Notes: generated from the letters alone by a model not told the origin. 56,958 bases of DNA from Thermoplasmata archaeon (GCA_041489255.1 JBGPQV010000021.1:1-56958); one strand, 5' to 3'. Positions 7,512 through 17,133 are shown, numbered from the stretch's first letter. Numbers and translations are program-made.

Positions 7512-10436
7512 TTGAGACTAAGAACTGGAGTTTTCGTTAGCTTGATGACAGCGGCCATGCTAATGTCTCTGCTGGCGCCCCTGACTCGGGCATTCATACC
7601 CGAGCCGTACGAGCTTTATGGGGTCGCAAAGCTCGACACCGGCGTGGTTCTTGATGATGGCTCGCCAATAAGGTCCTTTGTCGACGGAGTCGACTACTCG
7701 AACAAGACGTCAGTGTTCAGCCGACCGGGCAACACCGACGGGTACTTCGACATCGACACCTACGGCAACTACAGAACGAACGCAACCGACCCGGGCACTC
7801 CCTGGATAAAAGAGGGCGCCGATGACAACGAACCGATCATGTACAGTTGGGGCGATTTCAGCAACAACACGCAGATCGGCGGCCCGTCACAGCCCTGGCT
7901 ACAGGCCAAAGTGTTCCAGGAAACGCACGACTGGCAGACCGGTCTGCCGCCGCAGGCGGGAGACCTGAACCTGGCGCCCGACGCCCAGCAGCCACCGCTG
8001 CTGAAGATCTACAGCGTGACGACGAACAGCACGTATGCGCCACTTACTGACTACGTCTGGCTCTGCAACCCGACCAACCAGAACGTCGACGCTTCGCAGT
8101 TCTACCTGCAGAAGGATGTCCTTGGGGATGTCAACGGACCGCAGGTGCAGGTGCCCGTCGGTACCATTGGACCCTACAAGAAGTACTTCGTCGACACGGC
8201 CAGTCTGGACTACTTCAACGAGGCAGGCGACAACCTGAAGCTCGTCTGGAAGAACACGGCCAGTCCGACCGCGGATTTTGGCGGCAATGACATCGTGCTG
8301 GACAGGGTCGAGTTCAACAAGTCCGCCGGTGGTGCGCTCAACTGGGAGCCGGGAAACACGATAATGAACAATGAGCCCGCGCCAGACAGAGGTTTCCAGA
8401 TCAACAGATCCTCGATCTGCCGCGACACGAACTCAGTGCAGCAAGATTTCTTCATCGAGGTCGAAACAAGGTTGAACTTCCGGCCGACAGCGCCGGACCC
8501 GGTGTGCATCGAGGGTCTGTGCAACTGGAATGTCGACAGCAGGCTGTTCCACCTCGTCAAGCTGACCAACTTCCGTATCAATTGGACGCATCATGACCCG
8601 GATGGCGATCCCCAAACTCAGGCCAACATCCGCATATCAACTGCACCTAACGGCGTTGGTGTGATGTGGAATGGCAATGTGGTCGGAGCGACTGCGTTCA
8701 TTGATTATACCGGCCTCCCATTGCTGAAGGGCAACAATTATTGCTTCTCTGTGCAGACCAAGGACGCCGCTCCCGTCTTCGGCCCATGGGGAGAACTGTG
8801 CTTCCGCACCAACGGTTTGCCGGCACCGATAAACAAGCTTTGGCCATCCAACGGCTGGCAGACTTCTCCCAAATCCGACCAACAAGTGTGGTGGACTCTG
8901 GCCACTGACCCGGACCCGGGCGATCTTCTCAACTACACCTGGAAAGTCAACACGACGGCATCCATGGTCGCTCCGCTCTACAGCGGCACGACCACCACCA
9001 ACACCTCGACCCCGTTCCTGACACTCCCGACATCGACCTACTTCTGGTGTGTAAACACCAGTGACGGGTGGGAGTGGTTGAATGGCTGCGGGTCGACTTG
9101 GCAGTTCACCACCTCGACGCCCCCGCCAGCTCCGACTGCGACGGACCTGGAGGTCGACGGCCATGCGTTTGCCGACGCATACCTGCAGCACGTCACGAAC
9201 CGCGTCCCCGTGTTCACATGGACGTTCAACCCGACGACTGGCAGGACGCAGACAGCCTTCCATATCCAGGTCTACCGGCAAACAGGTCCCCTCCTGATGT
9301 GGGAACTCAACAACACCGGAGCTGGCGGTGACCTGTCAACGGCCACCTACAACTCGGACAGCACCGGCACCGCCCTCGTGAACGGCACGTGCTACTACTT
9401 CCAGGTGAAGGTCCGGGACAGCCTCAGCCCGCAGCTATGGAGCGTCGACTGGGGCACGCCGCTGGACTTCTGCATCAATACGCCGCCACCGACGCCGACG
9501 CCTCTCGCCCCGGCGGATGACAGCGCCCGGCTTGTGGGTTCGACTATCCTCTACTGGAGCACCGAGATTGATGCGGACACGGGCGACGTCGTCACGTACG
9601 ATTACTGCATCGACACCGCCATTGATCCGCCATACCCGACCTGCAACATCGTCCACACCACGGCAACCGCCAACAACTCGGCCGCCTTCACGACTGTCGC
9701 GAACAACTACATCTGGGCCGTGAGGGCTTACGACAGCTACGAATATTCCGCCTGGAGCACGATTTGGAACTTCACGGCGTACACAGCGCCGACCAACACC
9801 GCACCGACGATCACCATCACCGCGCCCGCTGGTGGAGAACGCCTCCTGCAGGGGAGCACGTTCACAATAAGATGGACGATGCACGATGACCAAACCGCCG
9901 ATTCCGCCCTTGTCGTTGTCGTGACGTACAGCGTTGGCGGTGGGGCACCAATCACGATAGCCACGAACTGGGTCGGGGTAACATCCGGCTCGTGGACGGT
10001 GCCGTCCGATGTGGACTCGTCCAACGTGAGGATAACCGCCACGGTCACCGACACGGGTGGCCTGACTGGCACGAGCCAGTCGCCGCAGTTCACGATCTAC
10101 AAAGAGCCCGCGGGGGAATTCCCACTGATGTGGGTGCTCCTCATAATCATCATCGTGGTGGTTTTGGCGATCGTCCTCCTACTCTTGATGAAACGCAGGA
10201 AGCCGAAGGAGGAGGAAGAGGCGGCCGCGCCGCCAGCGGCAGAGGAGGCACCGCCAGCCGAGGAAGAGGAGATGGTCGTGGAGGAGGCACCAGCGCCCCC
10301 GCCAAAGGCCGCCCCGAAGCCGGCAGTGGTACCAGCCGCCACAAAGGCCCCGACGAAGACCAAGGAATGCGCGAGTTGCGGCACGATAGTGAGCGTGACG
10401 GACAAAGAATGCTTCATGTGCGGGGCCAAGCTGTAG
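7512..10436 (+). CDS. Large membrane-anchored cell-surface protein (signal peptide, lamin-tail-like and FN3/Ig-like modules, C-terminal TM, Pro/Ala/Glu linker, zinc ribbon)
   Basis: N-terminal hydrophobic signal, four W..D.D...Y.W/F.V modules, many N-x-S/T sequons, TM WVLLIIIIVVVLAIVLLLLM-KRRK, terminal CASCG..CFMCG. Confidence 0.85.
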   Translation: MRLRTGVFVSLMTAAMLMSLLAPLTRAFIPEPYELYGVAKLDTGVVLDDGSPIRSFVDGVDYSNKTSVFSRPGNTDGYFDIDTYGNYRTNATDPGTPWIKEGADDNEPIMYSWGDFSNNTQIGGPSQPWLQAKVFQETHDWQTGLPPQAGDLNLAPDAQQPPLLKIYSVTTNSTYAPLTDYVWLCNPTNQNVDASQFYLQKDVLGDVNGPQVQVPVGTIGPYKKYFVDTASLDYFNEAGDNLKLVWKNTASPTADFGGNDIVLDRVEFNKSAGGALNWEPGNTIMNNEPAPDRGFQINRSSICRDTNSVQQDFFIEVETRLNFRPTAPDPVCIEGLCNWNVDSRLFHLVKLTNFRINWTHHDPDGDPQTQANIRISTAPNGVGVMWNGNVVGATAFIDYTGLPLLKGNNYCFSVQTKDAAPVFGPWGELCFRTNGLPAPINKLWPSNGWQTSPKSDQQVWWTLATDPDPGDLLNYTWKVNTTASMVAPLYSGTTTTNTSTPFLTLPTSTYFWCVNTSDGWEWLNGCGSTWQFTTSTPPPAPTATDLEVDGHAFADAYLQHVTNRVPVFTWTFNPTTGRTQTAFHIQVYRQTGPLLMWELNNTGAGGDLSTATYNSDSTGTALVNGTCYYFQVKVRDSLSPQLWSVDWGTPLDFCINTPPPTPTPLAPADDSARLVGSTILYWSTEIDADTGDVVTYDYCIDTAIDPPYPTCNIVHTTATANNSAAFTTVANNYIWAVRAYDSYEYSAWSTIWNFTAYTAPTNTAPTITITAPAGGERLLQGSTFTIRWTMHDDQTADSALVVVVTYSVGGGAPITIATNWVGVTSGSWTVPSDVDSSNVRITATVTDTGGLTGTSQSPQFTIYKEPAGEFPLMWVLLIIIIVVVLAIVLLLLMKRRKPKEEEEAAAPPAAEEAPPAEEEEMVVEEAPAPPPKAAPKPAVVPAATKAPTKTKECASCGTIVSVTDKECFMCGAKL

Positions 10437-10447
10437 GCCCTGCACCC

Positions 10448-10472
10448 TTTCCATTTTTCTTTCTTTTCATTC
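10448..10472 (+). terminator. Oligo-T archaeal terminator
   Basis: tttccatttttctttcttttcatt just after the stop codon. Confidence 0.5.
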
Positions 10473-10529
10473 CCCCAGCGAGAGCCATCTGGAAAGTCTA
10501 TTAACCCCCGCCCCTCTTCGCCCCCCGAG

Positions 10530-12278
10530 ATGAAGAAGAGCGAGGACTTCGGCGAATGGTACATCGAGGTCATCGACAAGGCGAACCTCAGCGACAAGAG
10601 GTACCCAATCAAGGGGATGAACGTCTGGACGCCTTACGGCTGGGCTGTGATGAGGCGCATTGACGAGTTCATCCGCCAGGAGATGGCGGCAACTGGCCAC
10701 GACGAGGTCTGCTTCCCCCTGCTCATCCCCGAGACGGAGTTCAAGAAGGAGTCGAAGCACATCAAGGGGTTCGAGGAGGGCGTCTTCTGGGTCACCCACG
10801 CGGGGCTCAACCCCCTCGACGTCAAGCTGCTCCTGAGACCGACCAGCGAGACGGCGATGTATCCCATGTTCGCGCTCTGGATCCGGTCGCACGCGGACCT
10901 GCCGTTGAAGATCTACCAGATAGTGAACGTGTTCAGGTACGAGACGAAGGTGACCAGGGCGTTCATGCGCGTCAGGGAGATACACTTCTTCGAATCACAC
11001 ACATGCCACGCGACCTTCGAGGAGGCCGAGGCGCAAATCCGCGAGGACCTGGAGATAATGGACCGGGTGGCGCGGCGCCTTGCATTGCCGTACCTGTTGA
11101 TGAGGAGGCCCGAGTGGGACAAGTTTCCCGGGGCGTTCTACACGACGGCGGTGGACGTCTACGTCGCGGGGGCCGGCAGGACCCTGCAGGTCGGCGGCAT
11201 ACACCAGTACAAGGATAACTTCGCGCGCGCCTACGACGTGAAGTTCGAGAAGGATATCTCCCAAGCGGACTTCGCGGCCTACATCGCCAGACTCCTCGAG
11301 AGTATGGGCTACGACGACATCAGGTTCAGGGCGGTCTCACCCGACGCGGTCCTGGCCAGGCCTGACGTCGAGGCCAAGAAAGGCGGGAAGCGCGTGGCGG
11401 TGGAGGTGAAGCGCAGGATCAAGGATGATGCGGACGGGAAGGCCCTGGAAGCGATCTTCGACCAGATGAAGGATCCATCGATCCATCACATCCTGATAAC
11501 CCACGACGTGCCGAAGGAGATGGCGGAGCGACTGACGGCCAAAGGCGTCGAAATCTGGAACGAGACGAAGGTGGCCGAGATGGCCAAGGCGGCGGGGCAG
11601 GAGCCGCTCGTATTCCACCAGTACGTGCACCAGACCACCTACGGGATGAGCGAGAGGCTCATCGGGACGATAGTGGCGGTGCACGGCGATGATAAAGGGC
11701 TGGTCTTCCCGCCGGACGTCGCCCCGACGCAGATCGTGGTCGTCCCGATCCCCGAGAAGGGCAGGCAGGAGATCATCGCAGAGGAGTCGCGGAGGCTCAG
11801 GGACGAGCTTGCCGGCATCTTCCGCGTGCACCTCGACGACAGGGACATCCGCCCAGGCAGCAAGTACTACGAATGGGAGGCGAAGGGCGTCCCCCTCAGG
11901 ATCGAGCTGGGACCGAAGGACCTGCAGAAGGACGTCGTCACTGTCGTTCGGAGGGACACGTCGATAAGGTCGACGTTGCCGAGGAAAGACTTGGTCTCCA
12001 GCGTGGCCAAGCTCCTCGACGCGATACAGGGCGGCATGTGGAAGCGCGAGGAAAAGAGGCTGATAGACTCGATCGTGGACGTAAAGCACATGTCCGGGTT
12101 CAAAGAGGCGCTCAACCGCGCGTCCTGGTGCGGCTCAGAGGAATGCGGGCACGAAATCGAGAACAAGACCGGGATGAGCGTCCTCGGCACTCCCGCCAAA
12201 GAAGAGAAGCCGGAGGGGCCGTGCGTAGTCTGCGGCAAGCCGGCGAAGCTGGTCATCTATGTGGCCAAGACCTTCTAG
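10530..12278 (+). CDS. proS: Prolyl-tRNA synthetase (archaeal/eukaryotic type) with an in-frame ~120-aa nuclease-like insertion
   Basis: LRPTSET, motif 2 FRYETK..FMRVREI, motif 3 QTTYGMSERLIG, anticodon-binding domain, C-terminal WCGSEEC/CVVCG zinc domain; 582 aa versus the usual ~460-480. Confidence 0.97.
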   Translation: MKKSEDFGEWYIEVIDKANLSDKRYPIKGMNVWTPYGWAVMRRIDEFIRQEMAATGHDEVCFPLLIPETEFKKESKHIKGFEEGVFWVTHAGLNPLDVKLLLRPTSETAMYPMFALWIRSHADLPLKIYQIVNVFRYETKVTRAFMRVREIHFFESHTCHATFEEAEAQIREDLEIMDRVARRLALPYLLMRRPEWDKFPGAFYTTAVDVYVAGAGRTLQVGGIHQYKDNFARAYDVKFEKDISQADFAAYIARLLESMGYDDIRFRAVSPDAVLARPDVEAKKGGKRVAVEVKRRIKDDADGKALEAIFDQMKDPSIHHILITHDVPKEMAERLTAKGVEIWNETKVAEMAKAAGQEPLVFHQYVHQTTYGMSERLIGTIVAVHGDDKGLVFPPDVAPTQIVVVPIPEKGRQEIIAEESRRLRDELAGIFRVHLDDRDIRPGSKYYEWEAKGVPLRIELGPKDLQKDVVTVVRRDTSIRSTLPRKDLVSSVAKLLDAIQGGMWKREEKRLIDSIVDVKHMSGFKEALNRASWCGSEECGHEIENKTGMSVLGTPAKEEKPEGPCVVCGKPAKLVIYVAKTF

Positions 12279-12487
12279 GGCTTCCTGTAGAGAAGCATCC
12301 CCGTAAGGCCGAACCCCACGAGAACTACCGTCACCGCGTAGACGCCGATGTTCTCCGTCGTGAGCGGGTTCCAGGTCCCGTAGAAGATGCCCCACGAGAA
12401 GTAGAACAGTATGCCCAGGAAAAGGAGCAGGGTGTAGAAGGCGAATGCGAGCTTGCGTGTGAAGACCGACTCCTCTTCCTTAGGCAT
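12275..12487 (-). CDS. Small 2-TM membrane protein
   Basis: 70 aa with two hydrophobic helices and host-like codon use. Confidence 0.7.
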   Translation of the reverse strand: MPKEEESVFTRKLAFAFYTLLLFLGILFYFSWGIFYGTWNPLTTENIGVYAVTVVLVGFGLTGMLLYRKP

Positions 12488-12551
12488 GTGGCTGGAGCAA
12501 ATAGGGGGCGCATAAAAAGCTTTGCTGGAGAGTGTCGCGCGCCGGTAATCA

Positions 12552-13364
12552 TCAGGTCTTACGGCCCTTCCTCGGCCTGAACACCCTCACCAGCCGCCCC
12601 TTGAACCCGGCAAATGCCCTGGCGGTCCTGGGGAACTTCGAGGGGTTCTCCTCGGCGTAGTAGAGGAACGCGAGCAGGAGGAAGAAGATCGCGCCGGTCC
12701 CGAACAGATAGAACGGCCACTCAGGGATTATGTCCTTGACGCCGAACGCCGTGTCGGGCAGGATGCCGTCGATGCCGCCCAGGCGCGTGAGGTTCACCTG
12801 ACCCACGCATCCCGGCGATACGCACCCCGCGCCCTCCTGGGTCGCCCACATGAACTGCTCCTTCGACCAGTATCCTGGAGACGCCATCTTCGCCGGAACG
12901 CCGTCGAGCACGAATGTAAGCCAGAACCTCACCAGGTAGGAACCTTGAGAGAAGATCCTTCCATGGGGCATATCCGAGGAGGTGAGGACGGTGAGATTCA
13001 CCCTTGTGGACGAATTGCGGGCAAGCGGCGCCAGCGGAGTGATCTTCAACTCCCTTCCAGGGCTCGGGGCGCCCTCGAACTTGGGATATCCGTGCGTCCA
13101 GGTGGAATCGAGCATCATGGAGGTGTCTTGCTCGACGTATTGATAAATGCTGGCGTTCAGGACGACATTGGTCATCGAGTCATTGTACGGATTCGTCAGG
13201 TCGAAGGCGATCACTCCCTGCTGACCCGCGTCTAGGGCGGGCGTCTCGAAAGTGCCGTACATCAGTATCTTGTTCACCAGGCCGGGGTCGCGCACGTCCG
13301 CGACCGCGTTGGAAGAGATTGCGAGAATCGCGAGGAGAGCGATGCACAGGGCTGTAGCCCTCAT
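12552..13364 (-). CDS. Secreted, C-terminally membrane-anchored hypothetical protein
   Basis: Signal peptide MRATALCIALLAILAISSNAVA, Ig-like body, C-terminal TM followed by a basic tail. Confidence 0.75.
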   Translation of the reverse strand: MRATALCIALLAILAISSNAVADVRDPGLVNKILMYGTFETPALDAGQQGVIAFDLTNPYNDSMTNVVLNASIYQYVEQDTSMMLDSTWTHGYPKFEGAPSPGRELKITPLAPLARNSSTRVNLTVLTSSDMPHGRIFSQGSYLVRFWLTFVLDGVPAKMASPGYWSKEQFMWATQEGAGCVSPGCVGQVNLTRLGGIDGILPDTAFGVKDIIPEWPFYLFGTGAIFFLLLAFLYYAEENPSKFPRTARAFAGFKGRLVRVFRPRKGRKT

Positions 13365-13421
13365 TGCCGTTCGCTAAGGGCAGCGGCCTCATATATTTTG
13401 TGAGTAATACTGGCGGCTGAG

Positions 13422-14453
13422 ATGAGAGACCCGAGCTTGGTTGCTGTTGTGCCGAAGAAAAACGCGGAGAGGTTGCGGAAGCATCTCCGCCTGGCGCGCC
13501 TCCTTGACTCGGGTAGGAAGATCGTTGTGCGCGGGGCAACGGTGCTCATCCCGATCTCCCGCCATCCGGGGAATCTCACTGAGTTTGCCGCCGAGGTTGC
13601 GGAGGATACTGGACTCAGGGAAAGAGAGACGCGGTCCACACCGTTCCAACTCATCACGGACGCGGTTGCGGTGGAACCAAGGCTGAAGCGGTTCCTACCG
13701 GACAAGTGGGAGATGATCGGGGACGTTCTGGTGCTCAAGCTGCCGCGCGAGCTGGACGACTGCAAGGTGGCGGTCGCGGAGGGATACGCGCGAGTGCTCG
13801 GCGCGAAGGCGGTCCTTCAGGACGTTGCGGGAATCGAAGGGGATTGGCGGGTCCCGCAAGTCGAGAAGATATGGGGCGGGAGCACGGAGACGGTCCATCT
13901 GGCGGACGGTGTCAGGTTCAAGCTCGATGCCGCCAAGGTGATGTTCTCATCCGGCAACCTGCCTGAAAGGATGCGCATGGCCCGCATTTCGCGACCCGGG
14001 GAGACCGTGGTCGACATGTTTTCGGGAATAGGCTATTTCGCCATACCGATGGCCGTCCACTCCCGCCCGGAGAGGATCTATGCTTGTGAGGTCAACCCAG
14101 TCGCTTTCCACTACCTCGAAGAGAATGCGAGAATCAACCGTGTCGAGGACTTGACGCCGTTGTTGGGCGACTGCAGGGAAACAGCCCCGGAAGGCGTCGC
14201 CGATAGAATCATCATGGGCTACCTAAGAGCGCAAGGTTTCTTGGACAAGGCGATGATGATCGCCGGGCCAGAGGCAGTCCTGCACTATCACGAAGCCTGC
14301 CCCAACGAGCTCATCGGCACGCGCCCGTGGTCCACGGTGAGAGAGGCGGCGGAGAAAGCCGGAAGGAGCATCGAGCAGCTTCATCTCCAACGTCTCAAGT
14401 CTTACGCTCCCGGCGTGTCCCACATCGTCCTCGATGCAAGAGTCTCTCGATGA
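13422..14453 (+). CDS. taw2: Taw2/TYW2 (Trm5/Met-10+ family) SAM-dependent tRNA wyosine-modifying transferase
   Basis: MFSSGNLPERMRM, VVDMFSGIGYFAIP, EVNP, ADRIIMGY, LHYHE. Confidence 0.8.
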   Translation: MRDPSLVAVVPKKNAERLRKHLRLARLLDSGRKIVVRGATVLIPISRHPGNLTEFAAEVAEDTGLRERETRSTPFQLITDAVAVEPRLKRFLPDKWEMIGDVLVLKLPRELDDCKVAVAEGYARVLGAKAVLQDVAGIEGDWRVPQVEKIWGGSTETVHLADGVRFKLDAAKVMFSSGNLPERMRMARISRPGETVVDMFSGIGYFAIPMAVHSRPERIYACEVNPVAFHYLEENARINRVEDLTPLLGDCRETAPEGVADRIIMGYLRAQGFLDKAMMIAGPEAVLHYHEACPNELIGTRPWSTVREAAEKAGRSIEQLHLQRLKSYAPGVSHIVLDARVSR

Positions 14454-14503
14454 ACCGATTCCCGCCAAGGACTTATAGTCCTCATGCTGCTTGACCCGCC
14501 ACG

Positions 14504-15346
14504 ATGGAAGACATCCGCATGTTCCTGCAGGAGGACATGGGCTTCGGAGATGTCACATCCGATGCCTTGTTCACGGACGAGGAAGCCAAGGGCTGGATAT
14601 ACCCTAGGAAGAAGTGCATGCTCGCCGGGTTAGAGGAGGCGGACAAAGTGTTCAAGGTCCTCGGCCTCCGGACTCGCCGCATGGCGGTCGATGGGAAATG
14701 GGCGAGGGCGAACAAGCCGGTCCTCATGGTCCATGGCAAGGCCGCCGACATGTTGAAGGGCGAGAGGCTCGCGCTGAACTTCCTGATGAGGATGAGCGGC
14801 ATCGCGACCGAGACCGCCAGGATCGTGGAGAGGTGCGCGAGGAGGAGAAGGAAGGCGCTGATCGCAGGCACGCGGAAGACGGTGCCCGGGTTCAGGAAGT
14901 ACGACAAGAAAGCAATCAGGCTCGGCGGCGGGTGGCCGCATCGCATGACCCTTTACGACGCCGTGCTCATCAAGGACAATCACCTGAGGCTGGTCTCGAT
15001 CCGCGAAGCGGTGAGGCGGGCGAAGGGGACCGGCAAGGACATCGAGGTCGAGGTCACGGACTTCAGAGAAGCCAAGGAGGCCGCCGAAGCAGGCGCGGAC
15101 ATCGTGATGCTGGATAACATGGACATCGAACACGCCAGGAGCGTGACGAACAAGCTCCGCCTGAGCTTTCCAAGGATCAGAATAGAGGTCTCCGGAGGCA
15201 TCACCCCGAAGAACGCTTGCAGGTACGCGAGGTTTGCCGACATAGTCTCGCTGGGGAGCCTGACTCACTCGGCCAAGGCGGCGGATTTCACCATGGACAT
15301 CGAGCCGTTGCCGCCACACCAGAAGAGGAAATCAGGCAAGCGCTAG
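14504..15346 (+). CDS. nadC: Nicotinate-nucleotide pyrophosphorylase (quinolinate phosphoribosyltransferase)
   Basis: GDVTS, ERLALNFL, TRKT.PG, HR..LYDAVLIKDNH, IEVEV, MLDNM, EVSGGI. Confidence 0.97.
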   Translation: MEDIRMFLQEDMGFGDVTSDALFTDEEAKGWIYPRKKCMLAGLEEADKVFKVLGLRTRRMAVDGKWARANKPVLMVHGKAADMLKGERLALNFLMRMSGIATETARIVERCARRRRKALIAGTRKTVPGFRKYDKKAIRLGGGWPHRMTLYDAVLIKDNHLRLVSIREAVRRAKGTGKDIEVEVTDFREAKEAAEAGADIVMLDNMDIEHARSVTNKLRLSFPRIRIEVSGGITPKNACRYARFADIVSLGSLTHSAKAADFTMDIEPLPPHQKRKSGKR

Positions 15347-16306
15347 CATCCGGTCGATTGCGAGCTTGGCCCTCGATGCGACATCCTCGGGCACCCTGAT
15401 CTCGTGCACGTCCTCCTTCAGCGACCTGAGGACCTTCTCCAGGGTTGTCATCTTCATGTACTTGCAGACCGCGTCTTCGTCGGCGGGGATGAAGGTCTTG
15501 TCGGGGTGCTCCTTCCTCATCCTGTGAAGGATGCCCACCTCTGTGGCGATTACGAATTCCTTCGACTTGGACGAGGCTACGTGCCTCATCATGCCATCAG
15601 TCGAGAGGAACCTGATGCCCTCGCCTATCATCCCCTGTGACGACAGGTAAAGGCAGTTGGTCATGCAGCCGCACTCGGGATGGACCAGAATCTCCGCCCT
15701 CGGATGCTCCTCGCGGAGGCGGTTGATCCTCTCCATGGAGATCGGCGCGTGGACGTGGCACTCGCCCGGCCAGAGCTTCGCCTTCCTCCCGCTCATCGCG
15801 GTCGCATAGGCTCCGAGGAACATGTCAGGCAAGAACAGGATCTCCTTCCCTGGCGGTATCGCGTTAAGGACCTTCACTGCGTTAGCTGACGTGCAGCAGT
15901 AATCGCTTTCCGCCTTGACTTCGGCGGTTGTGTTGACATACGCGACGACCACAGCCCCGGGGTTCTCAGCCTTCCAGCGTCTCAGATCGTCGGCCGTGAT
16001 GCTCGAAGAGAGCGAGCAGCCCGCCTCGAGCTCGGGGAGCAGCACTTTTGCGTTGGGGCAGGCGATCGCGGCGGTCTCGGCCATGAACCGCACCCCGCAG
16101 AACACGATCCTCTTGATGCCGTTCAGATGGGAAGCCGCGAGCGAGAGGCCCAGCGAGTCGCCGACGATGTCGGCGATGTCCTGAACCTCGGGGAGCTGGT
16201 AGTTGTGAGCGAGTATGGTTGCCTTCTTCTCCGCTTTGAGGGCTTCGATTTCCTCAACGAGCATCCTTGTGGACCGCGGACCGCGCCCGCCATTCCGGCC
16301 TGCCAT
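15332..16306 (-). CDS. nadA: Quinolinate synthase
   Basis: LAHNYQ, GDSL, FCGVRFMAETA, AGCSL, YVNT, CTSAN, CHVH, HPEC, CKYMK. Confidence 0.97.
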   Translation of the reverse strand: MAGRNGGRGPRSTRMLVEEIEALKAEKKATILAHNYQLPEVQDIADIVGDSLGLSLAASHLNGIKRIVFCGVRFMAETAAIACPNAKVLLPELEAGCSLSSSITADDLRRWKAENPGAVVVAYVNTTAEVKAESDYCCTSANAVKVLNAIPPGKEILFLPDMFLGAYATAMSGRKAKLWPGECHVHAPISMERINRLREEHPRAEILVHPECGCMTNCLYLSSQGMIGEGIRFLSTDGMMRHVASSKSKEFVIATEVGILHRMRKEHPDKTFIPADEDAVCKYMKMTTLEKVLRSLKEDVHEIRVPEDVASRAKLAIDRMLALA

Positions 16307-16749
16307 CACGTGAGTTTGACAAAACAGACTAATATTAACTCATCGAAAGCGGGGGCGATAGGACGCCATCCTTCCTTCCTATGCATAGAAAAATATGGCC
16401 GTCCATAAGTATTAAGGACGGCCTTGTTGTGGAGGGATGCTTGGTTCCAGACACTGCACACCACTTCATATACCTTTTGTCTTTGAAGTTCTGCTGCAGC
16501 ATTGGACGGAATTGGCCTTTTTTGTTCCAATTCACAGCGTAGTCCTTCTCGGCCACTGTTTTCTACATTTGTCATCGACCAGCCGAGGACCGGGCCCAGA
16601 CGAGCAGCCGGCCGAAGGACGAGGCGGCACGTCCTATGTCTCTCGTTCATGCTACATCTCACGACGCGACCGGCTCTTGGCGTGTCCCCGCCGAAATCAG
16701 CGCCTCACCACCGAAAACTCAATAGCCACGCCGCCATAGTTACTGCCCG

Positions 16750-17100
16750 ATGAAGTGCGTCAAGTGCGGCAAGGAGTACGAGGCGGGCGCGCATTACTGC
16801 TCTCACTGCGGCGCCATGACCGCCGAAGGGGAGCTGTCCCTCGCTCTGACGGATTTCGCGAAGGCGGCGAAGCATCTGGTGAAGCAGACCGCGAAGATCG
16901 GGGACAAACACCTCAAGGAGATCAAGCCAGATATCAATAAGGCGATCAAGCAGGTGGTGGAGGCAGGGAATGAGATGAAGAACGCCTCGAAGCCCGCCGC
17001 CAAGACCGGCCTCGAAGCGGCGAGGACCGCCCTCCAGCTCGCGGCTCAGGCAGCGGAGAACATGGCAGCGCAGTTGCGAAAGGCGTCGGAGAAGAGATAA
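16750..17100 (+). CDS. Zinc-ribbon domain protein with amphipathic helical tail
   Basis: MKCVKCG...YCSHCG followed by an Ala/Lys-rich helix. Confidence 0.75.
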   Translation: MKCVKCGKEYEAGAHYCSHCGAMTAEGELSLALTDFAKAAKHLVKQTAKIGDKHLKEIKPDINKAIKQVVEAGNEMKNASKPAAKTGLEAARTALQLAAQAAENMAAQLRKASEKR

Positions 17101-17133
17101 GCATTTTATTGACCCGCTCCATGTGGCCCGCCG

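Noticed and set aside
11253-11615. Intein, bacterial INS/YbaK editing domain, or BHB intron in proS
   Set aside because: No intein terminal residues, no LAGLIDADG motif, no YbaK-type GxxxP pattern, and no evident bulge-helix-bulge pairing of the junctions.
16306-16662. ORFs of 73-118 aa upstream of nadA
   Set aside because: Overlap promoter-like and hairpin sequence, have atypical codon use and no motifs.
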